A stretch of DNA of 63,385 bases, filler included, from Pirum gemmata (GCA_002812295.1; 30 parts of 30 records of this genome joined end to end with filler, not necessarily neighbours in it), one strand, 5' to 3'; shown: positions 36,953 to 52,167, numbered from the whole stretch's first letter. A program made the numbers and translations. The notes: a model not told the origin generated them from the letters alone.

Positions 36953-37662
36953 CCACCAACAACAACATCAACACCAACAACACCAAAAATACCAATAACA
37001 ACATCACAACAAATAGGCTATGTAGAATCAGCTAGCTACCTAGCTAGAGCTACCAGTAGGTAGAATCCTGAGGTAGACCCAAAGAAATAAAAATGACGTC
37101 ATAACATTTATGACGTCATAAAAGGAAACTAGAGTTTGTTTTGAAATACCTGGGCTAGCTACTTTTATCTAGTCCCCCCCCCCCACATGATAATTTTTGA
37201 AAAAAAAAAAAGTCTAAAAGAATCTAAAAAAGCTACGCAATTAATATTAAATTGGTGTATTTAAATTAATTTGGTATTTTTTAATATTTTTTGTTAATTT
37301 TAAAACAAGCCAATATAATCTATAAAACATACCTAAATATGATAGAGTGATAAAATAAAATATTATCATAATAAAAAGAAAACAAATTTCAATAATTTTT
37401 TTATAAATAACAGATGCTACAAAATAATAATACTCATAAATAAAAATTAATTTTTAAATTAATTATTATTANNNNNNNNNNNNNNNNNNNNNNNNNNNNN
37501 NNNNNNNNNNNNNNNTTAATTAATTAANNNNNNNNNNNNNNNNNNNNNNNNNNNNNNNNNNNNNNNNNNNNTACTATTACTATTACTATTACTATTACTA
37601 TTAGAGTATTAGTATTAGTATTAGTATTATTCCCACTATTACTAGCACCAACACCATTACTA

Positions 37663-38400
37663 ATTACCCATTACAAATTACCTATTACCCATTACCCATT
37701 ACCCATTACCCATTACCCCTTTACCCATTACCCATTACCCATTACCAATTACCCATTACCCCATTACCCCATTACCCCATTACCCCATTACCCCATTACC
37801 CCATTACCCATTACCCCATTACCCCATTACCCCATTACCATTACCCATTACCCATTACCACATTACCACATTACCCCATTGCCCCATTACCCCATTACCC
37901 ATGACCCCATTACCCATGACCCATTACCCATTACCTATTACCCATTTACCCCATTTACCCCATTTACCCCATTAACCCCATTACCCCATTACCCATTACC
38001 CATTAACCCATTACCCATTACCCATTACCCATTACCCATTAATCCAATACCCAATACCCCAATACCCATTACTCCATTACCCCATTACCCCATTGCCCCA
38101 TTACCCATTACCCATTACCCATTACCCATTTACCCATTACCCATTTACCCATTACCCATTACCCATTACCCATTGCCCATTGCCCATTGCCCATTACCCC
38201 ATTACCCATTACCCCATACCCCATTACCCATTACCCATTACCCCATTACCCATTACTCATTACCCCATTACCCCATTACCCCATTACCCCATTACCCCAT
38301 TACCCATTACCCATTACCATTACCCATTACCCAATACCTATTACCCAATACCCATTAACCCATTACCCATTTACCCATTACCCCATTACCCAATACCATT
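37663..38400. repeat. (ATTACCC/ATTACCCC)n 7-8-mer array, intronic to the minus-strand gene
   Basis: Read directly. The G-rich strand is GGGTAAT. Confidence 0.9.
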
Positions 38401-38472
38401 ACAACTAAGAAATATAAATTATAAATAAAAACAAACAAAAGATACTATGGTTATGGTAGGATTATCAATTAC

Positions 38473-38881
38473 CATAAATCATCAACTTGATCATCATCGT
38501 ATAAGAATGAATCAACATGAATAGTGGTATCAGGTTCATATTCGCCATCTTCAGGAATACGAGTATATTCATTAGGCGCCATAGCTTCTATAGGAAGTGA
38601 TTCTCTCAGAGTATCCATTATACTAAATATACAAAATAAATAAATAAATAAATAAATAAGGGTTAGGGTTAGGGTAAACTAAAATAAAATAAAATAAAAT
38701 AAAATGAAATAAAATGAAATAAAATGAAATAAAATAAAATAAAATAAAATAAAATAAAATAAAATAAAAAAAGAAAAGAAAGAAAAGAAAGAAACAATAA
38801 AGGTACCTTTTAATGTTTTTTATCCCGTTGTTGATTTCTTGTTCTTGTTTTCTGGCAGCTTCTTCAATGCCATTATTTTCT
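38473..38881 (-). CDS. Two exons (38881-38807, 38622-38473) of a conserved uncharacterised protein with a downstream SAM-methyltransferase domain (zebrafish zgc:109986-like family)
   Basis: In-phase splicing gives ...IKSIMDTLRESLPIEAMAPNEYTRIPEDGEYEPDTTIHVDSFLYDDDQVDDL. HVDxFLYDDDxVDxL is the recalled family motif. Confidence 0.7.
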
Positions 38882-39890
38882 CTAGAGATAAAATAAATAA
38901 TGAAAATTCAGTTTGGTTGCTAGAAATATTAAAACTAGCTTTATAACATGTTCTTAAACTCATTTATTCTTATTGTCATTCTTATTATTCTTATTCTTAT
39001 TCTTATTCTTATTCTTATTTTTATTCTTATTCTTATTCTTATTCTTATTCTTATTCTTATTCTTATTCTTATTCTTATTCTTATTCTTATTNNNNNNNNT
39101 TTTTTTTTTTTTTTTTAATAATTGGGAGAGGGGCATTTTTTTTTTTTTTCCTTAATTAATTTATTGCGTCATTATTTAGATGACATCAAAAAAAAAAGGA
39201 AGGTGATATGAAACCACTCAGCTAGCTAGACTACTACTAGCTAGCTAGACTACTACTATGATAGCTAGTAGAGAACTACTACTAGGAATTTTGCATGAAT
39301 TTTCCTAGTTTTTTTTTACTATGATATGACATTATAATATTATATGAATCTATGATATTAAAATTATTTAAAAATTATTTTTTTAAAATAATATAATTAA
39401 TATTATGATAATAATAATTATCATAATAATATTATGATATATGAATAATGAAAGTATAATGAACTAATAATGGCATATATAAATAATTTCCTGGGATCTT
39501 TTTTTGTGGTCTATATTCTTCTGATATATAATAATATATTATAATATAATATACCAGTATACCCGTTCTAAAATATTATTAATATATATATTAATAATAT
39601 AATAATATTATAATACCGGTATATATATAATATATATATATAGGGCCTGTGGGGATATAAGGGGGAGAGGGCAGTGCAGCTGACCCCTACGGAAAAGAAA
39701 CGTGATAATCCGTCACTTGTCGTTTATTAATTAAAATATTATCTTGGGTTAGGTAACTTAGGTTTACTAGTGCTAAAACCCTAACCATAAACTTTGATTA
39801 TTGGTATTATATTAGTGTTAAGAATAGATACTATTAATATGATAAAAAAAATCGCCTGCGCCGCCTGAGGGCCATTTATTTATTTACAGT

Positions 39891-39927
<37 letters not shown>

Positions 39928-41162
39928 GGTTTTGAATTAATTCATAGTAAAGACAAGAAATTTTACGAACATTCTTATAATCAGGTCCATATATATCTAT
40001 TTAAAAGCACACGGCTTTTTAACACGTATTCATACCTCATATGTACAAGTTTTATTAACATTGTTATAATATTGTCATTAATATATTATATATTGTTATT
40101 GTTACTGTTAACGTTGTTGTTATTGTTATTGCAATTGTTAAAGTTATACTATATATTAGTATTAATATTGTTATATAATTTTAATTATTGATATTGTTAT
40201 TGTTGTTGTTATTGTTATTGCAATTGTTAAAGTTATTGGGATTGTTATATATTAATAATTTTAATTATTGTTATTAATATTGTTATTGTTATTGTTATTG
40301 TTATTGTATTAATACATGTTGTTGTTATTAGTATAGTTATATTAATATAATATAAATTATATATTAATATAATAATATTAATTAATATTGTTATTGCTAT
40401 TGGTACTGTTAACGTTACTGTTATTGTTATAATATTATTCCTGTTACTGTTATTGTTATTGTTTTTGTTATTATTATTATTATTGTTATTGTTATTGTTA
40501 TTAATGCAATGTTATTAATATTGTTATTAATTATAATATTGTTATTGTTATTAATATTGTTATTATATTGTTATTGTTATTAATTATACATGTTATTGTT
40601 ATTGTCATTATTAATGATATATTATATATTGTTAGTAATAGAATTAGTATTAATATCAGTAGTATTAGTATTAGTATTAATATTAGTATTAGTATTAGTA
40701 TATATTAGTATTAGTATGTATATATATATATTAGTTAGTATTAGTATTAGTATTAATTAGTATTAGTATTGGTATTATTGCTACTATTACTATTTTAATG
40801 TATGACTTTCTTTGCTGGTTTGAATCTGTGCATATTTAAATACTCAAACATGGTATTTTCTCAAGTTTTGGATAATTATTGTCACGGTTATTACTATCAT
40901 TATCATTATCATTATCATTAATATTATCATTAATATTATTATTATTATTATTANNNNNNNNNNNNNNNNNNNNNNNNNNNNNNNNNNNNNNNNNNNNTTA
41001 ATTAATTAANNNNNNNNNNNNNNNNNNNNNNNNNNNNNNNNNNNNNNNNNNNNTAATAATAATAATAATGATAATGATAATAATGCTAATACTAATAATG
41101 CTAATTGTTTTGGTTTCTTTGTATAACAAGGGTGGATTAGTAAGAAATCTAACCAAACGTAC

Positions 41163-41597
41163 CCATTTGCAGGATCTTCTCGGAACACTTGACAAAGCAC
41201 TTTCTCACCTTGTGATGCTGGTCTATGGTAAAATGAGTTAGCAAGATACTAGTGTGGAACAACTTAAAATAGACCAAAGAGTATAAAGAGGGGGGTAAAG
41301 AAGATTTACGTCGAGAGAAAGAAAAAATTAAAGTTGAGTGCAGATGAGACGGGACTGTCACGGGTGGTTATAATAAATGGTAATGGTTACTTAAAAGAGC
41401 TAGGTAATATTAATGCAATACTTACTTTAAAATATAGTCTGAACCGTCAAATCGTACATTTGCTAGCTCTGACAATTGATCTATGCTAAAATTATTTGGC
41501 GCTTGTTCCTGATCCTGATTGTTTGGTTCTACAGCAAGGTTATGGAGCATATCCATGCTTTGATTCATATGCCTTCTTTCATCCATTGTGAAGTTTA
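41163..41597 (-). CDS. Tubby-family protein, exons 41597-41426 and 41222-41163
   Basis: The spliced peptide ...FDGSDYILKPASQGEKVLCQVFREDPANG parallels the Tubby domain start [22 protein letters not shown]. Donors GTAAGT and GTACGT; TGCTAAC branch point. Confidence 0.7.
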
Positions 41598-41938
41598 CTA
41601 AAATAATATGATAGAAGGTGAGGGTCTGAGTTAGGGAGATTTTTCTCGTGGTGATCGAGGCTAAAGAAAAAGATAAAATCTTAAAGAAGGCGAAAACTGG
41701 AACATACAGCTAAGGAAGAAAGAAGGGTAAGAGTATAGGGACAAATGAAGCTATTCACCAAGTGAACCAAACTTTGCCTTTGTATTTCAAAATAAATGTT
41801 TATTATATTAAAAAAGAAGTGCTTTCATAACCAATTGATTATTGTTTATATAACGCTGGTTGTTTGCATACGGAGGACCCAAAAGAGTTTTATTGCCAGC
41901 CTATTTTTATCTATGTACTAATATTATGATAATATTAT

Positions 41939-41997
<59 letters not shown>

Positions 41998-43105
41998 CAG
42001 CTATTTTTTTTATTATTATGATATTATTACTTTTTTTTTGTATTTATTTTTAAAAAACTTTTAGAACTCTTTTAGTTAGAGTCATTATTTAGACTATCAT
42101 ACCACAATAAAAGTTTTATGATTTTTTATGAAAATATAGTTCTATGATATTAAATAGTCTACATACCAAGCTGGATAATAATAGCGACACCCACATATGA
42201 TCTTAAAAATCAAAATAATCAAAATAATCCAATTTTATGGAAGGTACTACCAAATATTGAGAAATTATTTACTTAATAAAACTCTATTATAAACCAATGG
42301 CTAGTTTTTAAAAACAATTTGGCTAGTTAAAATTAAGGTTTTAGAAAAGAAGTATAAAAAAATGATTTCTGTAGTTTTATTCAGCTTGGCTGTTAAAAAA
42401 AAAAAGGGGCATCCGATAACGATAAGGTAGCACTGATATTTCTATATAGTGGTCAAATAATAAAAGATAGCTGTGAATACCCTTACCAGGTTCAGAACTT
42501 AGTTCAGACTACTTTCAGACTACTTTCAGACTCTTTGTTTACAAACTAGCCAGCAAATAGGCCCAACTAAACTGTCAGTCGATCATAGGAGTTGAATCTT
42601 TGAATCTTTACTTGTAAATAAAGAAAATTATTATTGATTATTGGTACTGAATTTTCTCTATCACAAAATCAAGCATTTCAAAATTCACAAACTACATCAA
42701 TACTTCTAAATAACTTCAAAGTCCACACTCACGCACACGCACATACGCATACATGTACAATAATATAATAATAATAATAATAATAATAATAGGTAGCTAA
42801 ATAATAATAATAATAATAATAGGTAGCTAAATAATAACAATAATAATAATAGGTAGCTAAATAATAACAATAATAATAATAGGTAGCTAAATAATAATAA
42901 TAATAATAANNNNNNNNNNNNNNNNNNNNNNNNNNNNNNNNNNNNNNNNNNNNTTAATTAATTAANNNNNNNNNNNNNNNNNNNNNNNNNNNNNNNNNNN
43001 NNNNNNNNNTTATTATTATTATTATTGCATACATTACAATCAAAAACAACAGGTCACGCGAAGCCACTAATTGGTTCGTTTAGAAAACAATAAATAAATA
43101 TATAC

Positions 43106-43245
43106 TTAACTGATTCATTCTTATCTTTGTTTACAAGGATTTCTGATGGCATGTCTCCATACAGTAATCTGTTTACTTCTTTTAACTTGTCTTCGGGTAG
43201 GTATTCTTTGAAGATAGCTTCAGCTGATTCAATGTTTGCATTCAT
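43106..43245 (-). CDS. UPB1: Beta-ureidopropionase, first exon
   Basis: SAEAIFKEYLPEDKLKEVNRLLYG parallels the UPB1 N-terminus [24 protein letters not shown]. Donor AA|GTATAT. Confidence 0.8.
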
Positions 43246-44694
43246 GATAAATGATACTGATGAGTTGTTATGAGTTGTTGTTTGTGGTTTGGTTGTTGAC
43301 TATTAATTGTTTGTTTGTTACTGTTTGTTGGTTGGTTGTTTGTTTGTTGGTTGTTGGTTGTTTGTTGGTTGGTTGTTGGTTGTTGTTGGTTGTTGGTTGA
43401 ATATTGGTTGTTGGTTGTTGTTGGTTGTTGGTTACTGGTTGTTGGTTAATAGTTAGTTGTGTTGTTGGTTGTTGGTTAATAGTTGGTTGTTGGTTAATAG
43501 TTGGTTGTTGGTTGTTGGTTGTTGGTTGTTGGTTGTTGGTTGTTGGTTGTTGGTTGTTGGTTACTTCTGCTTCACTTGCCACGGCCCATGACTACTTTGA
43601 AGTATGATATTGAAGTAGACTAAAAAAGTATCATACCATACTAAAAAAATCAGTGCTCAAATTATAGATACCCCAGAAAATTCCTTGATAAGGATTTTCT
43701 GTTTTTACTGTTTTTACTGTTTTTACAGTGTTTTTACACTGTTTTTACAGTACTTTTACAGATTTTTAGACTTAGCAAGGACTTGGACTTAGTCAAGGGA
43801 GTTCAAAAATATTCAAAAATCTAACTCCTTGACTACTCTGGTATTTAAAAACACCTAACTTTTGGGGATCACTAGAATTTTCAGTTTTCGAACAAAATAA
43901 TGTAATAGGATTTAATAATTAGATTTGAAATTTTCGAAGATAAATAAAAAAAAGTGAGACTTTTAATTATAGTAAAAAAAGTAAGACGTTTTTTAATTGT
44001 TTGTGCCACAGGATTTTTAGATATCTACTAGCTAGCTAGTGACTGGCACTGACTGCTAGTCTACTCAGGTTTTCTGACCGTTTTCAGACTTTGTCTGTCA
44101 GACTTTGGATAGTGTTTGTATGATACACTCTTTGTATCACACACTCAAAATCAAACAAACTTGTTTTGTCAGCTTAGTAGCTAGCTAGCTAGCTACTAGT
44201 AGTTGATCGTATCATATCAGATACTTCTTGTTTTGTTTTTGTCCACAGAAGTAGAACTGCTAGCTAGCTACTAGCTAGCATAGCTCTTCCTTATCAATAC
44301 ATTCTATCGATATATATCATAGTAGTAGTCTAGCTACGAGCCTACGATAGCTAGCTAGCTAGTAGGGGTCTATAGTCTATAATATTATGATAAACTTTTA
44401 CAGGCATAGACCGACCCAATCATACTCCACAAATCACTTATATTATCACTAAATCATTATCTATAATCTTATTCCATAAACCATAAACCATAAGCCATAA
44501 ACCATAATAAACCATAAACCATAATAAACCATAAACCATAATAAACCATAAACCATAAGCTATAAACCATAAACCATAAACCATAAACCATAAACCATAA
44601 CCATAAACCATAACCATAAATCATAAACCATAAATCATAAACCATAAACCATAAACCATAAACCATAAACCATAAACCATAAACCACCAACAAG

Positions 44695-44832
44695 CAGTTC
44701 AAGAAGTTTTGGGCAGTGAATCCAACTCTAAAAATGCGTCGGTTACTATTTTTCCCTCTAAAGTTTATAGTAATTCCTCAGATTATATTCTTGTTGACGT
44801 TCGGGAACCAGCCGAGCGAGAAGCTTCTTTGC
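44695..44832 (+). CDS. Exon with the start of a rhodanese-like domain; divergent from UPB1 on the same contig
   Basis: YILVDVREPAE motif followed by a GT donor. Confidence 0.65.
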
Positions 44833-45157
44833 GTATTATTATTCTTATTATTCTTATTATTCTTATTATTATTANNNNNNNNNNNNNNNNNNNNNNNNNN
44901 NNNNNNNNNNNNNNNNNNTTAATTAATTAANNNNNNNNNNNNNNNNNNNNNNNNNNNNNNNNNNNNNNNNNNNNTGTGTGTGTGTGTGTGTGGTTGGGTG
45001 GGTGGTTGGGTGGGTGGATGTAAATCTATGTTTGAGTGCTTTCCTCTTGTATACAAACACAGAAACGAAGATAAAATTCATTTTATGAAATGATAATAAA
45101 ATAAAACACCTAGAGGTCACCCTTACTAACAGACAAAATATGGATAATTAGAAGTAC

Positions 45158-46483
45158 CTATCTGGTAAAGGCGGGCGTTTAAGTTGCAATTTCCCTGGTG
45201 CCAACGAATTTGACAAGCGTTTGAGTTTAGCTGTGTCGTCAGAGTGAAATTTGTTCAACTTAGGGAGGGAAGAGTTTTTTAATATTTGGGTTTTCTTTTT
45301 CTTTTTTTTAGTATTAACAGGATTGTTATCATGTTGATATGGTGGTTGAAAGTTTGTAATGTCAAACTTGACACACACACAATTGTTCTCTGTATCTAAC
45401 ATTCCTGTAGTATTACTTACAGTAACTGCAGTTTCATTTGCTGTATTATAAAAAAACTCACTGCCAGTACCAAACGATGGTGATGTAACTGTTTTACTCG
45501 TGCCTTTATGTTTATCACATAGATCCTCGTTAATTGGTAGTGATGGCAACGCAGCTAATTTGCTTTTGAATTCAGGGAAACGAGAGGACTTTGCATTTTT
45601 AACAAGGACACGAGAGGTTGTACATGTATCATTGCTACATTTGTTTTCTGTGTATTTTTGAAAAATAAAAGAAAGATGAAATGTATTAAATATAAGCATT
45701 ATGATAACTGTGTTTATTAACAGAATCGCTCTTTCAAAAATGGTAAATTGAACACAGGTAGGTTATGTGATAATTGTAAGAATAAGAATAAAAAAACATA
45801 ACATAAAATATTAAGACAATAATAAAAAACATTCTAATATGAATGAAAGCTCTGAGACCTGTAAACGATTAAAGCAGAGATGTAAATGGTAACGGTAAAA
45901 CAATATTATGAGGAATGGTTAAGAAATGATAGCGCTGAAGCATGGTTAGTGATAAAAAAATATATTTGTTAAATGATAAGCGATGAAAGTACGTGATATA
46001 TGACTGCGATGGTAACAAGGGTGGATGTGTATTACGATGGGGTTTATTGATCTCTTTTATTAGCAAAAATATTAAGAGAAATTGAACAAAATATAAAAGT
46101 TATTATGAGATGTATAAATTAAAGCTGAAAAGTTGAAGAGCAAATGACTAAGTTATTTTTCTATATATATATGAACCCAGATATAGGTCTTTCGTTCCTT
46201 TTATACATATATACATACCTTCAGAGTCCGAATCATCATTGGTATTTTCGTTCCTTTGGACCTCTTTTTCATTTTTACTGCCATTCTTTGTGATAGTGTT
46301 GTTTTCGTTGGTTTTACTTTTATCGTAACATATTTTTACTTTTTCTCGCTTTTCTGTTGTAATTTTAGATGTTTCACTTGCATGAGAAGTAGCAGGATTC
46401 GTAGTAGCAATTTCATTACCTTTTTTTGGTACTGGTAATGGTGGTAAGTTTGGTGATGTATGTGTTCTAAGTCTAGGGATCAT
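45158..46483 (-). CDS. Exons (~46483-46221, 45647-45158) of a low-complexity protein with proline-rich SH3-ligand-like motifs
   Basis: GAAG|GTATGT joins in phase to ACAG|AAAAC. Motifs PNLPPLPVPKK, LPSLP and KRPPLPDR. The 5' boundary is uncertain. Confidence 0.55.
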
Positions 46484-46960
46484 GTTTTAAGTTAACAAGA
46501 TAGAACACCATACTTTGTTCATTTGTTCATTTAGTCTTGTTTCTGTTAAAGATATTAGTAAAATCAAGATTGTGTTATTTTCTATCATTTTCTTATTATA
46601 TCATTACACGTATATTACTCAAAGTATGTTATTAGTAATATTGCTATTACTGTTATTACTGCTGTTGCTGTTGTGGTCACGGTTATGGTTGTGGTTGTGG
46701 TTATTGTAGGTATTGTTATTGCTATTGTTATTGTGGTTGGGGTTTGGGGTTGGGTTTGGGGTTAGGGTTAGGGTTGTAATTGTTTTTGTTGTGGTGGTTT
46801 TATCTTTATTTTTAGGAGGAGTGGTGTGTTAATTTATTATTATTATTATTATTATTATTANNNNNNNNNNNNNNNNNNNNNNNNNNNNNNNNNNNNNNNN
46901 NNNNTTAATTAATTAANNNNNNNNNNNNNNNNNNNNNNNNNNNNNNNNNNNNNNNNNNNN

Positions 46961-48752
46961 CTGTTGGTTTCTTAAAGTTTCGTAAATGGGTAGTGTTTTG
47001 TTGCTATTTAAATCACCTTGAATTGGCCAAAAGCAATGGTTATTCAAATATTCAATTTTCATGGGTATATAAGAATATTTAGGAACTAGAGCTTTTAGCA
47101 CATTAGAAATGAACGGCACTATTTCAAATATATATAAATATTGTTAGTAAGAAAATAAGACTTAAGTTGGTGTAAGGTATAGGTGTTTAGGTTTAAGTTA
47201 TACGCATACTACTACTTTTAAAAACTAACAAAAAAAACAACAGTAACATTTTTTTAGAAAAAACATTTAAAGTTATTTTACCATACTCTGGTTTCAGTTT
47301 AGTTAAATTGATTGAAAATTTTCCTACCTCAACCGGGTCTCTGGCGTATCTATTATTAATATATAAATATATATATAAATAAAAAAGACATACCGTATAT
47401 CATATGATATATATATACATAAATAAATTATTCATAGGTTCTAATGTGACACTTATAATTTAAACAAAAGTTGAACCAAATAAAAAAACTAAAATGAAAA
47501 ATACATTTTTGACAAGGTGTTTGCAAGCAAATATGTAGCAGCTTTTTGGTCCCCCCCTAAAATAAAAACAGAAAGAAAAAATTAGTGTAAGTACTACTTG
47601 ACAGTAAGATTTATAAACATTCCAGTATTATACAGCACTAGTTACAGCACAAACATATAAAAATATTAACCCTAATTATAACCATAATCCTAACCTTAAT
47701 AAAACCCATTTTTACCTAGTGCCTCTGCAAATAGCTCGATAACCATATTGCGGAACTCCATCGCCCGTGATTTGACATTCTGTAAAACTGCAGCAAATTT
47801 TAAAAGTATTAATAAGTAATACATATTATTTTAATATGTATAGATTTGTTGTACAAGCAACAAGAACAAGTTAATTTAAAACAAAACCACTTCTGACACT
47901 TTTGGTTCAGTTCAGTTTTGGTTCGGGTGCATATTATTTTAATATTTATAGTTTTATTGTACAAACAACAAGAGCAAGTTAATTTAAAACAAGATATCAC
48001 TTGTGGTTCAGTTTTGGTTTGGGTTTGGGTTTATACTTACTGGTACCACGAACGTCTGGGTTAGCAGAAAACAAATGTGGATTGGTACCTTCCACAGCTT
48101 CAGCATACACACAATGAATAACAGGATGACTTTGGCTAAATATTAATCAAACAATATCAACAAAACATAATATTGAAACAAATAATAATGTTAATTTGGT
48201 AATCAATAATATAATAATATGAAAAACAATCCAGAAAATATATACTAAATGTGACTGGCTTCATGTTGGGTTGGGGGTTGGAGGATTCATCTGATACACA
48301 ATTTATTAAAACATTAAAAGCACAAACACAAAGGTAACACCAATAAAAGAAAATAATTTGAGTAAATAACAAAAAGAAAAAATAAAGTTAGATAAATCAC
48401 ATACTCTGCTTTGCTTTTATAGAGTATCCCATAAAATTCCAGAGTTTGGCACAACGTGTATTTGTCGACGTTTTCTTCGTGAATCTTTATAATACACTCT
48501 TAAGTGGAAAAAAAAAAATAAGTAACAAAAACGATATATAAAAAAGAGAGTAATGGCAAAAAGAATTTCATTAAACAAACACACAAAAAGTAAACGAATT
48601 ATAACTCGTAATAGGGCCTAACCCTAACCCTAACCCTAACCCTAACCTTAACCCTACAATAATGATACAACAAGACTGATATTGATGCTAATAAAAGAAA
48701 TATAGAATGTACCAGTATGAATTGGCTTTTTCTCGTCTGTGTCCATTGCTGT
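46961..48752 (-). CDS. MCMBP: Mini-chromosome maintenance complex-binding protein, at least 7 short internal exons
   Basis: Ordered exon peptides ECIIKIHEENVDKYTLCQTLEFYGIL / HPVIHCVYAEAVEGTNPHL / FRNMVIELFAEALGGDQKAATYLLANTLSKIYARDPVEVGKFSINL / LKALVPKYSYIPMKIEYLN..FWP follow recalled MCMBP blocks, with canonical GT-AG junctions. Confidence 0.9.
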
Positions 48753-51700
48753 CTATGTGGAATAAACGATATGGATAATAAAAATTTAAGAATATCAAAA
48801 ATAAATAAAAATAAAAAATACCAGTAATAAAAAAGAAATAATAATAACATAACAATAACAATAANNNNNNNNNNNNNNNNNNNNNNNNNNNNNNNNNNNN
48901 NNNNNNNNTTAATTAATTAANNNNNNNNNNNNNNNNNNNNNNNNNNNNNNNNNNNNNNNNNNNNAATAATAATAATAATAATATTAATAATACTGACAGT
49001 AATATTAATAATAATTATTAATAATTATATAATAATTTAAATTTATAATAATAATAATAATAATAATAATAATGGTGATGATAATAACGGTGAATAAGCA
49101 AATATTTGGCCATACAGAGTACGTAGTCCTTACATAAACTTTGGTGACGCACATTCAAAAACAAAAAAACTATATTATCACATGGCATATGCATGCATGG
49201 GTATTAATATTCCTATGATTTATGTTTCTGAAGAATGGGTGAAAATGGAGATGGAAGCGAATCACAGAAAGGGAAAAGCGGATTCCTCAACAGTTATTAA
49301 TACACAGGTAACACAACCTTCAAAAAGCTTTTAAGACGACTAGTACGGGTATTAATACTACCGTCTGGAGTATATACTCATACTATACCAGTACTGCAAA
49401 ACAATATTAATGTATGTGTTGTGTGTGGCAAACGTGTATGGGTAAAATTATATTTTATATATGTAGAAAGTCAGTTCATCATCTGAAAGATTTCTCAGTC
49501 TAATATTAATTAATGAGAGTACAGATTTATTCTGTACGTTATGTTATTCAACATTTACCTGAGTTTACATAATAATACTAATCACTATTTAATAATTACA
49601 AATTTAAATAATCGAAGTATCTCGAGCTGTATCTCGTTTGTGGATAACAAATTTTTAATTAAAGGTAACCCCAGGCGATTTTTTTTAGGTATGTAAGCAA
49701 AAACCACACCAATAATATTAATCAAGGGTTAGGGTTAACGCACTATATTCGACTTAATCTGGTGAATCGCCTGAGGGATTCAATACTATTAAGTCTTAAT
49801 TCACCTACAGCTAAACCACTATTGAATTAGTATTACGGAGGAGTGTGGGTACGGGATTGGACAAGTGGTATCATATGAGTTTATTCTGTACGTAATGATA
49901 TTTATTTTTTATCGGATACAAACTCAGTAACGCTCGTCCTCGCTCTGAGGGCTCTACTATATTAGACTAGTTAGCTAGCTAGCTATCACGTAGCCAGGAG
50001 ACTCATGCTATGCATACATAGCTATCATAGCTAGACCATAGCTATCAGAATGACCACCCTCTCAGCTGGGAGATAAGATGGTCAAGAAAAAAATATTTTT
50101 GTAAATTTTACACCATTTTTCAAATCTTAAATATTCTCAAATATATAATTGGTTCAAAATTAGACCAATTTTTTTTTTAGGTCATTTTTTTCAAAAATAT
50201 ATTCAAATAGGTATTTTACTACCATGTTTGTAATGTTTGTATTTACGTCAAAATGACGGAAGAATTCTCAAAAATAAAATAAATTCCCCTCTCAAATTAC
50301 AAAAAAAAATGTGTGGTCCGAACAACCCTAGCTAGCTAGCCGTTAGTAAACTATGATAGACTAGCTAGAGTAGTTACAAGACTACTTAGATATATACTAC
50401 TTACTACTAGCTAGCTAGCTAGAGTCTCTATCCGTCAGAATTTTTTGGTATCAATTGATCCCATGATTTTTTTCGTGTACTCAATTGAAGTTCAATTGAT
50501 CCAGTATTGATCCCCATTTTTTCGAAAAAAAAAATTTTAGTTATTATTTGTCAAATAGAAAAATGTCTAAAAATTTTCGATTCGAACCAAAAAAGTGATG
50601 TTTTTTTCACTTCTCTACTATAACACCTACCTTTTCTTTTATACTTAAGCGTTTCTAACCCCGAAATTCGGATTCAACAGGTTCGAAATAGGTTACAAAA
50701 ATAGTTGATCCATACTTTTTTAAAAAACACTTTTTTAAAAAACTCTCTAAATTGCTTGTTCGAAGCTAATTATTATATTGCTGTTATGTTGTTATTGTTA
50801 TTGTAACTACATATAATACACACTTCAATACAACATTCACTTAAGATTTNNNNNNNNNNNNNNNNNNNNNNNNNNNNNNNNNNNNNNNNNNNNTTAATTA
50901 ATTAANNNNNNNNNNNNNNNNNNNNNNNNNNNNNNNNNNNNNNNNNNNNACAGGGCTGTTACATGGGGGTAGTAGGGTAGGTTTTTGTCCCAAATCGGCG
51001 TTACGTAATTATTGAACGCTCCCTATGCATAAAAATAAAAAGCCTTTTTAGTTTTTCTTTTTCTGGCTATAGACAGCACTAGCTAGCTAGTAGTAGCTAC
51101 TAGACCCCTAACTACTACTAGCTAGCTAGCTAGTAGAGTCTAAAAAGTTTTTTTTTCTTTTTTCTCTCTTTTTTTTGTATCTATAAAAGTCCTTGTATTT
51201 TAAAAATATTATTATAAAAGACTTTTTTTTTGAAGTCCTTGATCATAATATAAATAGGTGCTATGTCACTAGCTATGAAATGACTCTAGCTAGCTAGAGC
51301 TAGCTAGAATGAATTTTTTAAAAAAATATTATATCATACATCCGAAAATAGACGACAACTCCAACAATATCCACACAACAACGACTACAACAACTACAAC
51401 GCTATAATACTAGGAACAAAGTTTATAATTAAAAACCAATATTTCTACAATAAAAGAACAATACAATTGCTTACATAGACTATACATTATGGTATTATTA
51501 TGAAAATTACAACAAGTCAAAACCAAGTAACAATCAAATCATTAACTTATACCAAAGTATTATGAAACAAACAGTAAACAAACCAACAAATTGCAACTTT
51601 AATTTGCCTACCATTTGTGTCCCATACACCCCAGTGTCCCAATGGACACCAAAGTTGTTCCTTGACTAACTTTTTCAATACTTGTCCGTTTTCAAAACTT

Positions 51701-52167
51701 TTTGATTCACAGTGAACTTATTAATACGTGAAGCTCTTGTGAAGAACCTTTTATTATTTCAATAATAGACTAATATATCATAGTACTGTACCGCAGGTCT
51801 AAGTCCGAGATCAAAATACAACAGTTTAACTATTAACTATAGGGAAAAAAACATCGTTTCTGTCGATATTATCACTATGATAGTCTGTTTTTTGAAAATA
51901 ACATCGTCCCTGTCGATGTTATTTTGTTTCTCGAGAAAAAACTCGATCAACAAAAAAAAAACTATGAGAACCATGTAAATATTTTTTTAATTAATAATTA
52001 TTACTTTCGATTCGACTACTAATAAAATAACGATGTTAAGTTAAGTTATATTGGTTATGATATAACAATTCAATAAAAAGACCATCTTAAAGCTTACAAT
52101 GACATTGTTTACTTTGACAAATACGAGTCAGCTCTTTACCCAATCCTAGCCTTGATAATATAATAAG

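Noticed and set aside
46148..46220. Tyrosine motifs GMYICI and DLYLG at the end of the ORF
   Set aside because: They lie after a strong donor GAAG|GTATGT and are probably intronic.
49100..49450. Possible transposase C-terminal remnant (HSKTKKLYYHMAYACMGINI...CVVCGKR)
   Set aside because: Too short and fragmented to assign to a family by eye.
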